From: Octopus vulgaris
Lineage: Eukaryota
Assembly: GCA_951406725.2 (NCBI GenBank)
Contig: OX597815.1
Location: 192,448,001-192,512,000 of the forward strand
Reading direction: 5' to 3'
Length of the DNA stretch: 64,000 nucleotides
How positions within the stretch are numbered: the first letter of the stretch is position 1; every line of letters begins with the position of its first letter. The position numbers and the translations under genes were made by a program. A model generated the notes under the pieces. The model made no database searches. It saw nothing but the letters and a program-made list of their open reading frames with translations, and was not told the DNA's origin. Below, one piece after another: positions 27,053 through 40,090 of the stretch.

Positions 27053-27444
27053 GGTGGAGGCGCAATGACCCAGTGGTTAGGGCAGCGGACTCGCGGTCAT
27101 AGGATCGCGGTTTCGATTCCCAGACCGGGCGTTGTGAGTGTTTATTGAGCGAAAACACCTGAAGCTCCACGACGCTCCGGCAGGGATGGTGGTGATCCCT
27201 CCCTGCTGTGCTCTTTCACCACAACTTTCTCTCACTCTTACTTCCTGTTTCTGTTGTACCTGTATTTTCAAAGGGCCGGCCTTGTCACTATCTGCGTCAC
27301 GCTGAATATCCCCGAGAACTACGTTAAGGGTACAGGTGTCTGTGGAGTGCTCAGCCACTTACACGTTAATTTCACGAGCAGGCTGTTCCGTTGATTCGGA
27401 TCAACCGGAACCCTCATCGTCGTAACCGACGGAGTGCTTCCACC
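27053..27444 (+). mobile_element. SINE family B, full length (copy 1 of a tandem pair)
   Basis: GGTGGAGGCGCAATG...GGAGTGCTTCCACC; flanked by 106-bp direct repeats. Confidence 0.92.
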
Positions 27445-27550
27445 ATATCTTGGAATATTGGTTTCAAATTTTGCCACAAAGTTAGCAATTTTCGGTAAAA
27501 GTTTAAGTTAGTTACATCGCCATCTGTGCTCAAATGATACTTATTTTATC

Positions 27551-27938
27551 GGTGGAGGCGCAATGACCCAGTGGTTAGGGCAGCGGACTCGCGGTCATAG
27601 GATCGCGGTTTCGATTCCCAGACCGGGCGTTGTGAGTGTTTATTGAGCGAAAACACCTGAAGCTCCACGACGCTCCGGCAGGGATGGTGGTGATCCCTGC
27701 TGTACTCTTTCACCACAACTTTCTCTCACTCTTACTTCCTGTTTCTGTTGTACCTGTATTTTCAAAGGGCCGGCCTTGTCACTCTCTGCGTCACGCTGAA
27801 TATCCCCGAGAACTACGTTAAGGGTACAGGTGTCTGTGGAGTGCTCAGCCACTTACACGTTAATTTCACGAGCAGGCTGTTCCGTTGATTCGGATCAACC
27901 GGAACCCTCATCGTCGTAACCAACGGAGTGCTTCCACC
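27551..27938 (+). mobile_element. SINE family B, full length (copy 2)
   Basis: Differs from copy 1 at only a few positions. Confidence 0.92.
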
Positions 27939-28692
27939 ATATCTTGGAATATTGGTTTCAAATTTTGCCACAAAGTTAGCAATTTTCGGTAAAAGTTTAA
28001 GTTAGTTACATCGCCATCTGTGCTCAAATGATACTTATTTTATCAGCACTGAAAGGACAAAAGACAAAGTCGGCCCCCAACGGTATTTAAACACGGAACG
28101 AAAGTTAGAAATACCCGCTAATCACTTAGCCCGACACGGTAACGATTCCAGCAGCTTGCTGCCTTGTATATCTTGGACTATTGTTTGGTTTAAAATACCT
28201 CATTTAAAATCAATATATGTGAAAAGTTAGTATGCATTTTCAAATATCATGTTTTGAATTTCGGCTTGTTTATAAATATGAAATATTCAAGAATGATACT
28301 CTATGAATCAGACTGAATTTTTATAATGATCGAAATGAATAAATAAAAATTTTTGGACATTTATTGTTCGTCTCTTTGCACTGAAACAGCCCCATATATA
28401 TACGAAAATGTGGAACGATGAAAATGAGTGCTCAGCACCGCATTGGTGGATATAATTTCTTTGTATGTGAATTAAGGCTGCTATTAGTTTCATGTTAAGG
28501 AAAGTAGGAAAATATCCTAGTGTCTTAAAAAATTTGCAAGACGATCACATGAAGTAAAGTGTTCACTTCATATACCAACATTCATGCATTTGTGTGTGCG
28601 TGTGTCTGTGTGTGTGTGTATGGGGGTGCGTGTGTGTGTGTGTGTGTATGGGGGTGCGTGTGTGTGTGCGTGTGTGTGTATGTGTGTGTACA

Positions 28693-28912
28693 TATGAGAA
28701 GGTAATGAAAAGTTATTGGTTTAAAGGTATCACTAAAGGTCTAGCTGGATGCTCAATCTTCCGAGTGATTTTAGAAAGCTTAGAAAAACTGAAGGACCGT
28801 TGCAATAAGTGTGTGAATCTGCTAGAGGTATATGTTGAATAAAACCATAATTAACTGATACTCCTGTATTTTCTTTTACCCAAAACCAGGAACTTTCCAG
28901 CATCCATCTCGT
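28693..28912 (+). mobile_element. Mariner-derived MITE
   Basis: Encodes the transposase C-terminus LEKLKDRCNKCVNLLEVYVE*; degenerate TIRs (TGAAAAGTTATTGGTTT and AAACCAGGAACTTTCCAGCA). Confidence 0.7.
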
Positions 28913-28960
28913 GTGTGTGTGTGTTTGTGCGTGTGTGTATGTGTGTGTACACACACACAC

Positions 28961-29698
28961 GAGTTAGGGATGGAGTGGATAAGATCTGGACTACATATGT
29001 TTCATAGCCAGCGGAATCTCAGAAATGGTAAACATCCAGGCGAGGTGTATACCGCAGACTATTCTTCTGGCCAAGGATGTCTTGGTTAAATGAAAGTTTA
29101 CATTGTCACAAGGAGGCACATGTTGATGCATGGAAGATTCAATCAGAATGTGTAGAGAGCACAACAGGTGTGGAGAATATAAATGTAGAGAGAAATAAGG
29201 ATTAAAGGAAGGAAAAAAGAAAAGAACAAGATAAGGGAATGAGAAGAAGGAGGAATTTAAGCAAGATCATTTGACTGGTAATATTCAATGGAGCCGTTTT
29301 GGTCGAATCACAGAAGTAAGCGAGGGGAGTGGTAGTTGAAAAAAAAGATAATGTGGAGGGGAGAGGGTGAGGAAATATTTTTGATCAAGTGGGAGAAAAA
29401 AGTGTGCATGAAGAAAGCAAGAGAGAATGAGGAATTTACGTACGGTCATCTGACCGGTAATATTCAATAGGGCTGTTTCGGTTGAATCATAAAAATTATC
29501 AAGGTGAGTGGTATTAGAAAAAATAATGTGAAGGGAAGAGGATGGGGAGTGACAATGTAAACTTTCATTTAAGCAAGGTATCCTTGGCCTGAAGAGTGAC
29601 CTGCAGTATATACCTCGCTTCGATATTTACCACTTCCGAGGTTCCGCTCGCTATGAAACATATATAACCCAGATCTTATCTACTCCGGTCCTTAACTC
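28961..29698. mobile_element. Foldback-type element with ~150-bp inverted arms
   Basis: 28961-29109 matches the reverse complement of 29549-29698 at roughly 80% by eye; the purine-rich spacer contains an internal direct repeat. Confidence 0.7.
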
Positions 29699-31344
29699 TT
29701 GTATTCCTATTCGCACACCTGGAAACCCTAGTCGCCTACCGTGAAATATAAAAAGAGCCTTTTTCGGGTTATCGTACTTCGATACGAAAACAATCTACAA
29801 CCTTCCGGTAAACCACTTTTGTTCCTGAAAGTTATTTTTTAATATTTACTACGGATTGCTTGAAGCTAACTTTCTTCCTACACCTCGATCTCTGGATCAC
29901 TTGTTCATAATCTAGCGAACGCTAACTGTGTGGAAGTCACGGAAATGGAGAAAATATAATTAAACTTGTCGCTTTAGGATATCTCACTTACCAACAAAAC
30001 CGAGTACATGAAACTCATTATTCATGTTACAAACGAAGTAATTCGATAGATGCGATGGAAAGCTTTCTCCATAGTATCCGAGAAACAGTAGCTTTCGCGT
30101 TTATATAAAGGCACACAACCAGCTGTAAAGCTGTAGAACACAAACCACGTGACGGCCATTCGTAAAATACTCTACGACCGGGGTACGTAATAACCATCTG
30201 TAGTTTATATATCCGAAAAACGAAACAGACTCTAAAACATATATACGTGTGTGTGTGTGTGTGTGTGTGTAGAAAAAGAGGTGGGAAAAGAGTAACAAAA
30301 CAGCATAAAAGTGTAAATCTCACAGATGATTAATAATTTAATTGATTTCTACAGCTGTTTCAGTAGTTAGTGTAAAAACATGATTAATATAATTAATAAA
30401 TTAATTTAGATAAGATGGGTTATCAACTTCATCAAGTAGAAAACTTGAAAGGTGGAAACTGAAATAGCGTTACCGTTTTAAACATGTCAACTACATTTGG
30501 AAAAGAGAAAATATAACGGAGTGGGGAAAAAAAAACTAATAAGTTATATAAGGAAATTTTGAAGAGATATCTTTTCGAATTATAACTACAATTTAGTGTC
30601 CTCCTACTACGGTTTCCTTTCCTTATAATTTACTAAATGATGCATATTTTTTTAAGTAATAGTTTTCCAGGGACACAGTTCAGAAGATGTAGATCAGGAT
30701 TATGTTAATGAAGTTAAAATTAAATTGTTTGTTTCTTTTATAAATTCAAGAAGAAAAGAATTACTTAGAATTCTTAACCGTTATCGTTACAATTTTTTTT
30801 TTATTCAGAAAATTTTTCAGATTTTACGAACTGTGAGTATGATAATGAAGATATTAACGAACAATAGTGTAGAATATTGAAAGCAATATATTCCCTCCTT
30901 CACTTCCAAGTAATTTTCATTCACTAAAAATTTTTTAAAAATTATTTCATCAACATAATCATAGATTTTCTTTTCTATAGTAACGAAATTAAGATTAACA
31001 ATAAACATAATATCGAAAACTTCACATAACATAAACGATTGGAAAACATTCAAGTTTGCTGCATTAAGAATTGCATTATCTACATTAAAATGAAAAAATT
31101 ATTCACATATTTTTACATATAAAGTACCTCCACAATAATTTGGTATACTTAAAGTCGTTTAAGTTTAACATAAAAGAATAAGAAAAAAACGTTTTAGAGT
31201 ATTTTGACACACTGGCATCGCTGAATAGCTCAGCTTGTTTATTATAGAACTTCATTGAGGTTGAAGATAACCTAGATCTTTCTGAGGAGAGCCAAAGCGA
31301 CGATTGTATTTAATCGTTAAATATTATTTCGATGTATAGGAATA

Positions 31345-31552
31345 CTCTTTTTCTCTTTTACTTGTTTCAGTCGTGTGACTATGGCCATGCTGGAGCGCCG
31401 CCTTTAGTCGAGCAAATCGACACCAGGACTTATTCTTTGTAAGCCTAGTACTTATTCTATGGGTCTCTTTTGCCGAACCGCTAAGTTACGGGGACGTAAA
31501 CACACCATCATCGTTTGTCAAGTGATGTAGGGGGGACAAACACAAACACACA

Positions 31553-31605
<53 letters not shown>

Positions 31606-31779
31606 GCATATATACGACGGGCTTCTTTCAGTTTCCGTCTACCAAATCCATTCACAAGGCTTTGATCGGCCCGAGGCTATTGTAGAAGACACTTGCCCAA
31701 AGTGTCACGCAGTGGGACTGAACCCGGAACCATGTGGTTGGTAAGCAAGCTACTTACCATACAGCCACCTCTACGCCTA
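31345..31779 (-). mobile_element. SINE family A
   Basis: Full-length match to family A. Confidence 0.9.
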
Positions 31780-32670
31780 TGGTATGATGGAATGGTAAGA
31801 TTCCTTGATCGGGTTTCGAGGACCGGTTATTATTTTTTTTTTTTTTGTTGCATTTTAATTAAATCACTACCAGTTCTTGGAAAGATATGAATGTCCCAGC
31901 ATCCCATTTCCTTTCCCTCGACAGTAGATGAGAGAATTATTTAGTAATATGTAATATTACTTATTACAAAAAAAAAAAATCAAACATTGATACTTGGGAG
32001 AGGCTATATCTCAGTTATGAAGCTTGTAAAAAAATGTCAAAAATATGTCTGTAGCTGTTTCTTTGCACACACCAGAAAAATGAAAAGATAATATTGGTTA
32101 TCGACCAACATATCTTTTCTCGCTGTTTATTTCTTCTTGTTTAGATTTTAAAAATCTCTCTACATTAAATTTGCCAACACCTAGTTCCTATTATTTTCCA
32201 TGCAGATGGCGTGTCGACATTATTTGATTTCTGAAGAATTCTATGTTTCCACGCCAACTAATGTACGTTTCTGTATATATATATTTCGTGATTCGTTCTC
32301 TTCTAATTTTGTCTCCTACAGAGAAGCAATACTTTGCTGATGGAAAAAAAAAACAACAAAAAGACAAAACAAAACACGAAACATGTCAAGGTAATAAGCA
32401 GTGGCTGAGTGAAATGTCAGCTTCCAATTAAGAAATAAACTAAACTTTACAAGTTTCAGTACTTTTTCTCTCATTTGTATGTCTAAGCGTCTATCTGACT
32501 GCCTGTCGTTAGTTTTACTTCTTTCACGTTTGACTATAAACCACATCTAAGTTTTACTTAATGGTTGCGCATTTCATGTGAATATCACTTCATTTGCATG
32601 AGTAAAGACGCGCTTTGGGAGTATCTCTCTCACATACACACACACAAATGTATATATATGTGACCAAGAT

Positions 32671-32727
<57 letters not shown>

Positions 32728-32909
32728 CCTGCTCGCTTAGCCAGCGGAGTGGCGTCATTTGAAGGCTAAAACAATGCAAAGCGCATTGTGACCAGCGATG
32801 TGTAGTAACATCTGATAGCCTGGTCGGTCACGGTAATCACGGTGATTATATATATATATATATTGAAGTTCTAAGTCTGTAGGGTAAAAACGGTATGTTA
32901 GAAAACTAT

Positions 32910-33261
32910 GGGAGAATGGAGAGGAGACCCCTTTCGGTCTTGAATGACCATGGGATTGCACCTAGAAAATTACCCTCTAAGGTACTAGTCCGGGCAAGGT
33001 TGTTTATGGAAGGCCAGCAGTTGCCCATGCATACCAGTCTCCCCTCTCCATGCCACCGATGTTATCCAAGGAAAAGGCAAAGGCTGATACAGCTTGACAC
33101 TTGTGACGTCGCAACTCATTTCTACAGCTGAGTGAACTGGAGCAACGTGAAATAAAGTGTCTTGCTCAAGAACACAATACGCAGCCCGGTCCAGGAATCG
33201 AACTCACAACATCACGATCGTAAGCTCGACGCTCTAACCACTGAGCCATGCGCCTTCACAG
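32910..33261 (-). mobile_element. SINE family D (tRNA head, CORE-like centre)
   Basis: TGGCTCAGTGGTTAGAGCG...GAGTTCGATTCC; 13-bp TSD GTTAGAAAACTAT at 32897-32909 and 33262-33274. Confidence 0.9.
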
Positions 33262-33956
33262 GTTAGAAAACTATAGGAACACGAGTTAAAAAGGATGCTT
33301 TCTCGATCACCTTTGGTTAGCAGCCAAATCGCTGCCGTTAGATTCTAGCGTTTAAAAAGAGAAAGAAAATGTGTGTAGCTGAAATATTTGGCAATCCTAA
33401 AACGCCGAGGAATCGAAACTGGACTGCTATGTTTCAACAGTCATGATTTTTGTTACAGACCAATCAGATATCTGGCAGAGAACACTATTAATAGGAACGC
33501 GATTCGTTCAATTATTGATGATTTCAGTTACTGACCACTCAGACATCTCTAAAACAGGATCTCATCTTCAAATTGTTTTTACGTGTTTCATTTTCATTGA
33601 CAAAAAAACCCCAACAATTTACAGAATTCTTTTGCCACTAGCAAGCAGTGATGACATACGCGTGTTGCTGCTAAGCTGACCCCTCTCACTACTGTCATTC
33701 TCGACCGCAACAGCATCTCACAAACTGTTGGTTTAACTGGTGTAACCATCTTTTTTATGGTTGATAGTAACGACAGTACATACTTTTGTTGACGATGAAA
33801 ATAGATATTTTTGCATTTGAAATATCAAACAGAATTCCTGTTGCATTCATCGACATCAAGTCAAGTCTACCAAATCGATGCACTGAAGTATTCATATCGT
33901 TACATGTGTGAATGAAAGATATGCAGTTACTGATTTATTATATCTCAAACGAAGTC

Positions 33957-34525
33957 GGCGAGATGGCAGAATCGTTAGCACGCCGGGCGAAATGCTTAGC
34001 GGTACTTCAACTGCCATTACGTTCTGAGTTCAAATTCCGCCGAGGTCCACTTTGTCTTTCATCCTTTCGGGGTCGATTAAACAAGTACCAGTTACGCACT
34101 GGGGTCGATGTAATCGACTTAATCCGTTTGTCTGTCCTTGTTTGTCTTCTCTGTGTTTAGCCCCTTGTGGGTAGTAAAGAAATAAGTATTTCGTCTGCCT
34201 TTACGTTCTGAGTTCAAATTCCGCCGAGGTCGACTTTGCCTTTCATCTTTACGGGGTCTATAAATTAAGTACGAGTTACGCACTGGGGTCGATATAATCG
34301 ACTTAATCCCTTTATCTGTCCTTGTTTGTCCCCTCTATGTTTAGCCTCTTGTGGATAGTAAACAAATAGGTATTTCATTCTGAGTTCAAATTCCGCCGTG
34401 GGATCGACTTTGCCTTTTATACTTTCGGGGTTGATAAATTAAGTATCAGTTATGCACTGAGGTCGATGAAATCAACAAGTCCCCTCCTCCAACATTTCAG
34501 GCCTTGTACCTTTAGTAGAAAATCG
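33957..34525 (+). mobile_element. SINE family C trimeric array
   Basis: One head, two type-2 units and a terminal type-1 unit. Confidence 0.88.
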
Positions 34526-34589
34526 AAAGATTATATCTGAAACAGAAGAGATGTTCACAGCTTTTTCAGCACTAAGAGATAATGAATTC

Positions 34590-35042
34590 AAATTTTGACA
34601 AAGGACCATCAGTTTTTTGAGGAGAGGGAATGTCAATTACATCGATCTCGGTACTTGATTAGCTCTTATTTCATCGAACCCGAAAAGAGGAAAAGTAAAA
34701 TCGACTTCGGCAGATTTTGAATTTAGAACGTAAATATGGACGAAATACCTGTTTCTTTATTACCCACAAGGGGCTAAACATAGAGAGGACAAACAAGGAC
34801 AGACATAGGTATTAAGTCGATTACATCGACCCCAGTGCGTAACTGGTACTTAATTTATCGACCCCGAAAGGATGAAAGGCAAAGTCGACCTCGGCGGAAT
34901 TTGAACTCAGAACGTAGCGGCAGACGAAATAGCGCAAAGCATTTCGCCCGGTGTACTGCCAGCTCACCGCCTTTGAAATATGGACGAAATACCGCAAAGA
35001 ATTTTGTCTGGTATGCTAACGGTTCAGAGAGCTCGCCGCCTC
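34590..35042 (-). mobile_element. Young type-2 SINE C (34750-34975) inserted into an old type-1 SINE C
   Basis: 18-bp TSD AAATATGGACGAAATACC at 34732-34749 and 34976-34993. Confidence 0.88.
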
Positions 35043-35308
35043 AGCACAAATATTTAATAGCTAAGCATAAGCGATCACCCAACTTCACATCATTTTTGGC
35101 ATTTGTTTGACTTCAATGGAATCCACTCTGTTGTAGGTTTTCAGGTCAGCTCTACAATCTGCTGATAATTTCTCTCTTCCCACTAATCTTAGAGATCCTG
35201 AGAAAGAGCAAGAACACTCTCTCCTGAATAAATCATAAAAAGAGAGTCAGAGAAATATATAAGAGTTATGACAGTCATTGACTAGTACTATTTCTTCTCG
35301 TCCTGTAC

Positions 35309-35344
<36 letters not shown>

Positions 35345-35348
<4 letters not shown>

Positions 35349-35530
35349 AGGCGAAATGGTCTAGTGGTTAGGGCAGCGGACTCGCAGTCGGAGGATCACG
35401 GTTTCGATTCCCAGACCGGGCGTTGTGTGTGTTTATTGAGCGAAAACACCTTAAGCTCCACGAGGCTCTGGTAGGCGGGTGGTGACCCCTGTTGTACTCT
35501 TTTGCCCCAACTTTATCTCACTCTTTCCTT
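35345..35530 (+). mobile_element. SINE family B, 5' half
   Basis: Head matches 27053 onward. Confidence 0.85.
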
Positions 35531-35532
35531 GA

Positions 35533-35582
<50 letters not shown>

Positions 35583-35693
35583 GGGTTTGTATGATTGAGT
35601 ATAGAGGGATATATATTATTCAAAGGAATTCCAACTCTGTTTTTTATGTTATATTTATATTCTTTATAATATTAATGTAGAATATAGAATATA

Positions 35694-35754
<61 letters not shown>

Positions 35755-36194
35755 GTATAATGAAATGAAGTATTGATTGTCTTATTGAATAGATGAAATA
35801 CTGAATATAAAATATTAGGGGGCTAGTATACTTTCTTGCGTTATAGCAGTCTTCAAGGTCCCAGGTTGTGAGAGGAGTGTTTCAACTGTGTGTTTGTGTG
35901 TATATATCTATATATAAATATATAAAGGCACGCTGGCAAAATGCTGCTCCTCTGAACCTTACATGTCATTCTGATTTTGTGGCATGAAGCAAAGCAGACC
36001 TAGCCGTCCACTCAAGAAAACACGTAGTAAATTTTCAACAAGCACTCAAGCAAACTGAGTCCTCAACTTGTTCCATTTACCAAAAGATTTGCAAGGCACC
36101 AGCAGGCCTCAAGAGACACACTCGTGTCTATAGAACATGATTAATGCTTTATTTTACTGTTTTACTGAACCCTCATTTGTCATTCCCAAGAGAC

Positions 36195-36289
<95 letters not shown>

Positions 36290-36643
36290 GAGATAAGTCT
36301 AGATTTTCCTGTACAATATTTACTGATTGACTCTGCTAGATATGTATGAGAAGTAAATAGTTATCGATTTTGAATATCTTACATATTATATCTTGTTTAT
36401 TGGTATATAGAGACTTTTTTTTATGTTAGATTAGATTAACCAAATTTATTTGAGGTGTGTATATTTATCAGTTCCTGGTTCATTAAAAAGCAACAAAACG
36501 AATAGTAACAATACTATATATAGGTGGGTAGACATAAATATACATATAAACATATACATATCAACATTTAGATATACTTACACATATACATACACACCTA
36601 CATAGATGCATACACACACACATATATTTATATTAATGTGTGC

Positions 36644-36676
<33 letters not shown>

Positions 36677-36679
36677 AAT

Positions 36680-36815
36680 AACTTGCTTACGAACCACATG
36701 GTTCCGGGTTCAGTCCCACTCCGTGGCACCTTGGGCAAGTGTCTTCTACTATAGCCTCGGGCTGACCAACGCCTTGTGAGTGGATTTGGTAGACGGAAAC
36801 TGAAAGAAGCCTGTC

Positions 36816-36865
<50 letters not shown>

Positions 36866-37092
36866 GTATGTATATGTGTGTGTGTGTGTGTGTGTGTTTT
36901 GTGTGTGTTTGTCCCAACATCGCTTGACAACCGATGCTGGTGTGTTTACGTCCCCGTAACTTAGCGGTTTGGCATAAGAGACCCATAGAAGAAGTACTAG
37001 GCTTACAATGAATAAGTCCTGGGGTCGATTTGCTCGACTAAAGGTGGTGCTCCAGCATGGCCACAGTCAAATGACTGAAACAACTAAAAGAA
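36680..37092 (+). mobile_element. SINE family A
   Basis: Match to family A, lacking the first ~30 bp. Confidence 0.9.
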
Positions 37093-37143
37093 TATATCTG
37101 TGTGTGTGTGTGTGTGCGTGTGCGTGCGTGCGTGTGCGTGTGC

Positions 37144-37177
<34 letters not shown>

Positions 37178-37755
37178 CTGCCTTGAAAAAATCGTTACCT
37201 TTAGTAATTAACATGGAATAAAAAAAGAAAGAAAAGTAGGTAACTCCAAATTCTGAATAAATTCTAAATTGAATGAAAGCAAGCAGTGAAAGGTGACTTT
37301 GATGTTTGTCAACTACAGTGACATCTTTGGATGTGTTTCAGTATTTTAAGACTTCTTCATCGAAACATAATCTCCTAATTTATCGGCTGCTTAAATACAC
37401 ATGAGAAAATTGCCTTATTTTTACTGGAGAAAAAGGCATTACGTTGATAGAAGTTAAAGTGAGATTGTGCAACTTTTATGCTCTTTTGAAACGGCATTAG
37501 CAACGTATATGAATTGTAAGGTTTTGAAAGAAGCTATTAGGGAAGCTTGACTCTGTTTTTGACCATTGGATAGAGAAGAAAGGAAAGAGGAAAACGACAC
37601 AAAGGCAAGAACGAAAAAGTCAGCAAGGCTGGAAAACAAACACATAGATAAATAGAGATAGATAGATAGATAGAAAGGTAGATAGATAGAGATAGGCAGA
37701 TAGAAATAGAGAGAGATAGATAGATAGAAAGAGATAGAGAGATAGAGAGATAGAT

Positions 37756-37834
<79 letters not shown>

Positions 37835-38214
37835 GATAGATAGAGATAGATAGAGATAGATAGAAAGAGATAGATAACGACAGAGAGACAGACAGACAGA
37901 TATATAGATGAATAGATGGATAGATAGATAGATAGGAGACAACATACGCGAGTTTAGTGAGAAAAGAAAGTATGTGGACGCTTTTAGGAGAAGTCCTAAT
38001 TTTAATAAACCTACTTGCAAATAGGAACTGGGTTTTCTGACAGCTGAAGCTTTTTATTAACTAAATCTGGAAATAGGAATCGAACGTTGGTTATTGATTG
38101 ATTAGAAATTCTTAGATATTAGCATGAAAGCATGATAAAAAGATTTGTTTCTTGTCATGATGCAAAGTGTCTTATAAGATTATTTGTAGAACACAATGTA
38201 TTGCAATAACAACC

Positions 38215-38259
<45 letters not shown>

Positions 38260-39117
38260 TAAAGGAGATAGGGAAAGGAGGAAAGGAGAAAAAAAGCTAT
38301 ATTACATTATTATAGGAAATGGTAAGTATAAAATCATCACCAGAGCTGACAAGAATCTCTTATTCGCGAAAGTGGCATTACCAAACAGCATACGACATAA
38401 CATTTTGACACAACTGTGTTTGGAACGCAAAAGCTAATGTAGTTTATGATGAATATCGATTTAAAAAAAACAAACTTAAACACAATTCCGCAAGTTCGAA
38501 GAGGTAAGTAAGGAAGAAATAAGATTTTGTGATATTCATGGCTTTCTCAAGATTTATTAGCGGAGTAATTGAAATGAAATAGCTACAAGTGCATATTGAA
38601 ACTGGCAGAAACATCTTACTCTATATCGCTAGCTGTCTGCTAGCGATATTGATTTCTTACATAAGGGCCAAAGCCACATGTTTTTATAGAAAGGGCATGA
38701 GAGGTGTAAGTGAAGTGAATGATATACCGTTGTAGATTCGGCTTAACGGTACGTTATTGTATTTAACAGCGATCGCAAGCTGAAATAACGAAAGGTTTCT
38801 TATATATTTGTCTACTCGCAAATACACAAATTTATTGTGGCTGGAGATGGAATGTGGCAGTGTAAATGTATTTCCTAAAATGGCCATCTTGACAAAATTG
38901 AAATCAGATTATATATTGTCTATTTGGCAACCAGGTATGGCCGTGTAGTTAACAATAAAACTTCTCTCATTATGACAGGATCCAATTCCGTCCAGAGGCA
39001 TCACGACCAAGTCTTTTTTCTACCTCGGATTGTCCAACGCCTTGTGAGTGAAATTTGGTTGACAGAAACAGTGGGTATAACCATCATATATGTGCATATG
39101 TGTGTGTGTATGTATGT

Positions 39118-39445
39118 ATGGCTGTGTGGTAGGAAGATTGCTTCTCAACCATATGGCGCTGGGTTCAGTCCCACCGCGCGGCACCTTGGGCAAATGTCTT
39201 CTATTATAGCTTCGAGCCGACCAAATCCTTGTGAGTGGATTTGGTAGACGGAAACTGAAAGAAGCTCGTTGTATGTGTGCTGTATGTGTGTGTGTTGCCT
39301 GTATTAGTCCCCCAGTCATCGCTTGACAACCGATGCTGGTCTGTTTGTATCCCCGTAACTTAGCGGTTCGGCAAAAGAACCGATAGAATAAGTACTAGAC
39401 TTACAAAGAATACGTCCCGGGAGTTCGATTTTTTCCACTAAAACC
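39118..39445 (+). mobile_element. SINE family A, diverged
   Basis: Match to family A with the tail missing. Confidence 0.8.
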
Positions 39446-39804
39446 CTTTCCACAGAAAGAAACAAGGAGAGAAAATAAAGACTATGTAGTGGCTAGCGAC
39501 CTATCATGGCGAATGCCGGACATACATGCGCGCACGCACGCACACACACACACACACGCGCACACAACGGAGTACCAGTAGTTGTACCGATAAACAGGGA
39601 CTTTGAAAAATACTTTGTAAGACTAAATCCAGTTTCCTGTATGGCGGAGGTGGGGACTCTACTCAAATATTAAGGGAGTTCTGAAATGTTTTAATGGAAT
39701 TCCTGTCTGATATTCAACCCTACTCTTTTGTTCAGGCTCTTAACCGATGTGTCTTGACCGTTCCCTCCCCCTGTTGGCCCAGCAGACAAGAATGGGTGAA
39801 ACTC

Positions 39805-40031
39805 TCTTTACTCTTACTCTTTTACTTGTTTCAGTCATTTGACTGCGGCCATGCTGGAGCACCGCCTTTAGTCGAGCAAATCGACCCCGGGACTTATTCT
39901 TTGTAAGCCCAGTACTTATTCTATCGGTCTCTTTTGCCGAACCGCTAAGTGACGGGGACGTAAACACACCAGCATCGGTTGTCAAGCAATGCTAGGGAGA
40001 CAAACACAGACACACAAACACATAAACACAC

Positions 40032-40090
<59 letters not shown>

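Noticed and set aside
29700-30240. Cluster of ETS-, E-box-, YY1- and TATA-like words as a promoter
   Set aside because: Short motifs are expected by chance, and no linked gene was identified.
38623-38649. Perfect 11-bp hairpin, with similar small palindromes at 50256-50283 and 48196-48212
   Set aside because: Isolated with no supporting context; the 48196 one precedes CTAG like a Helitron end, but no 5' end or A|T target was found.
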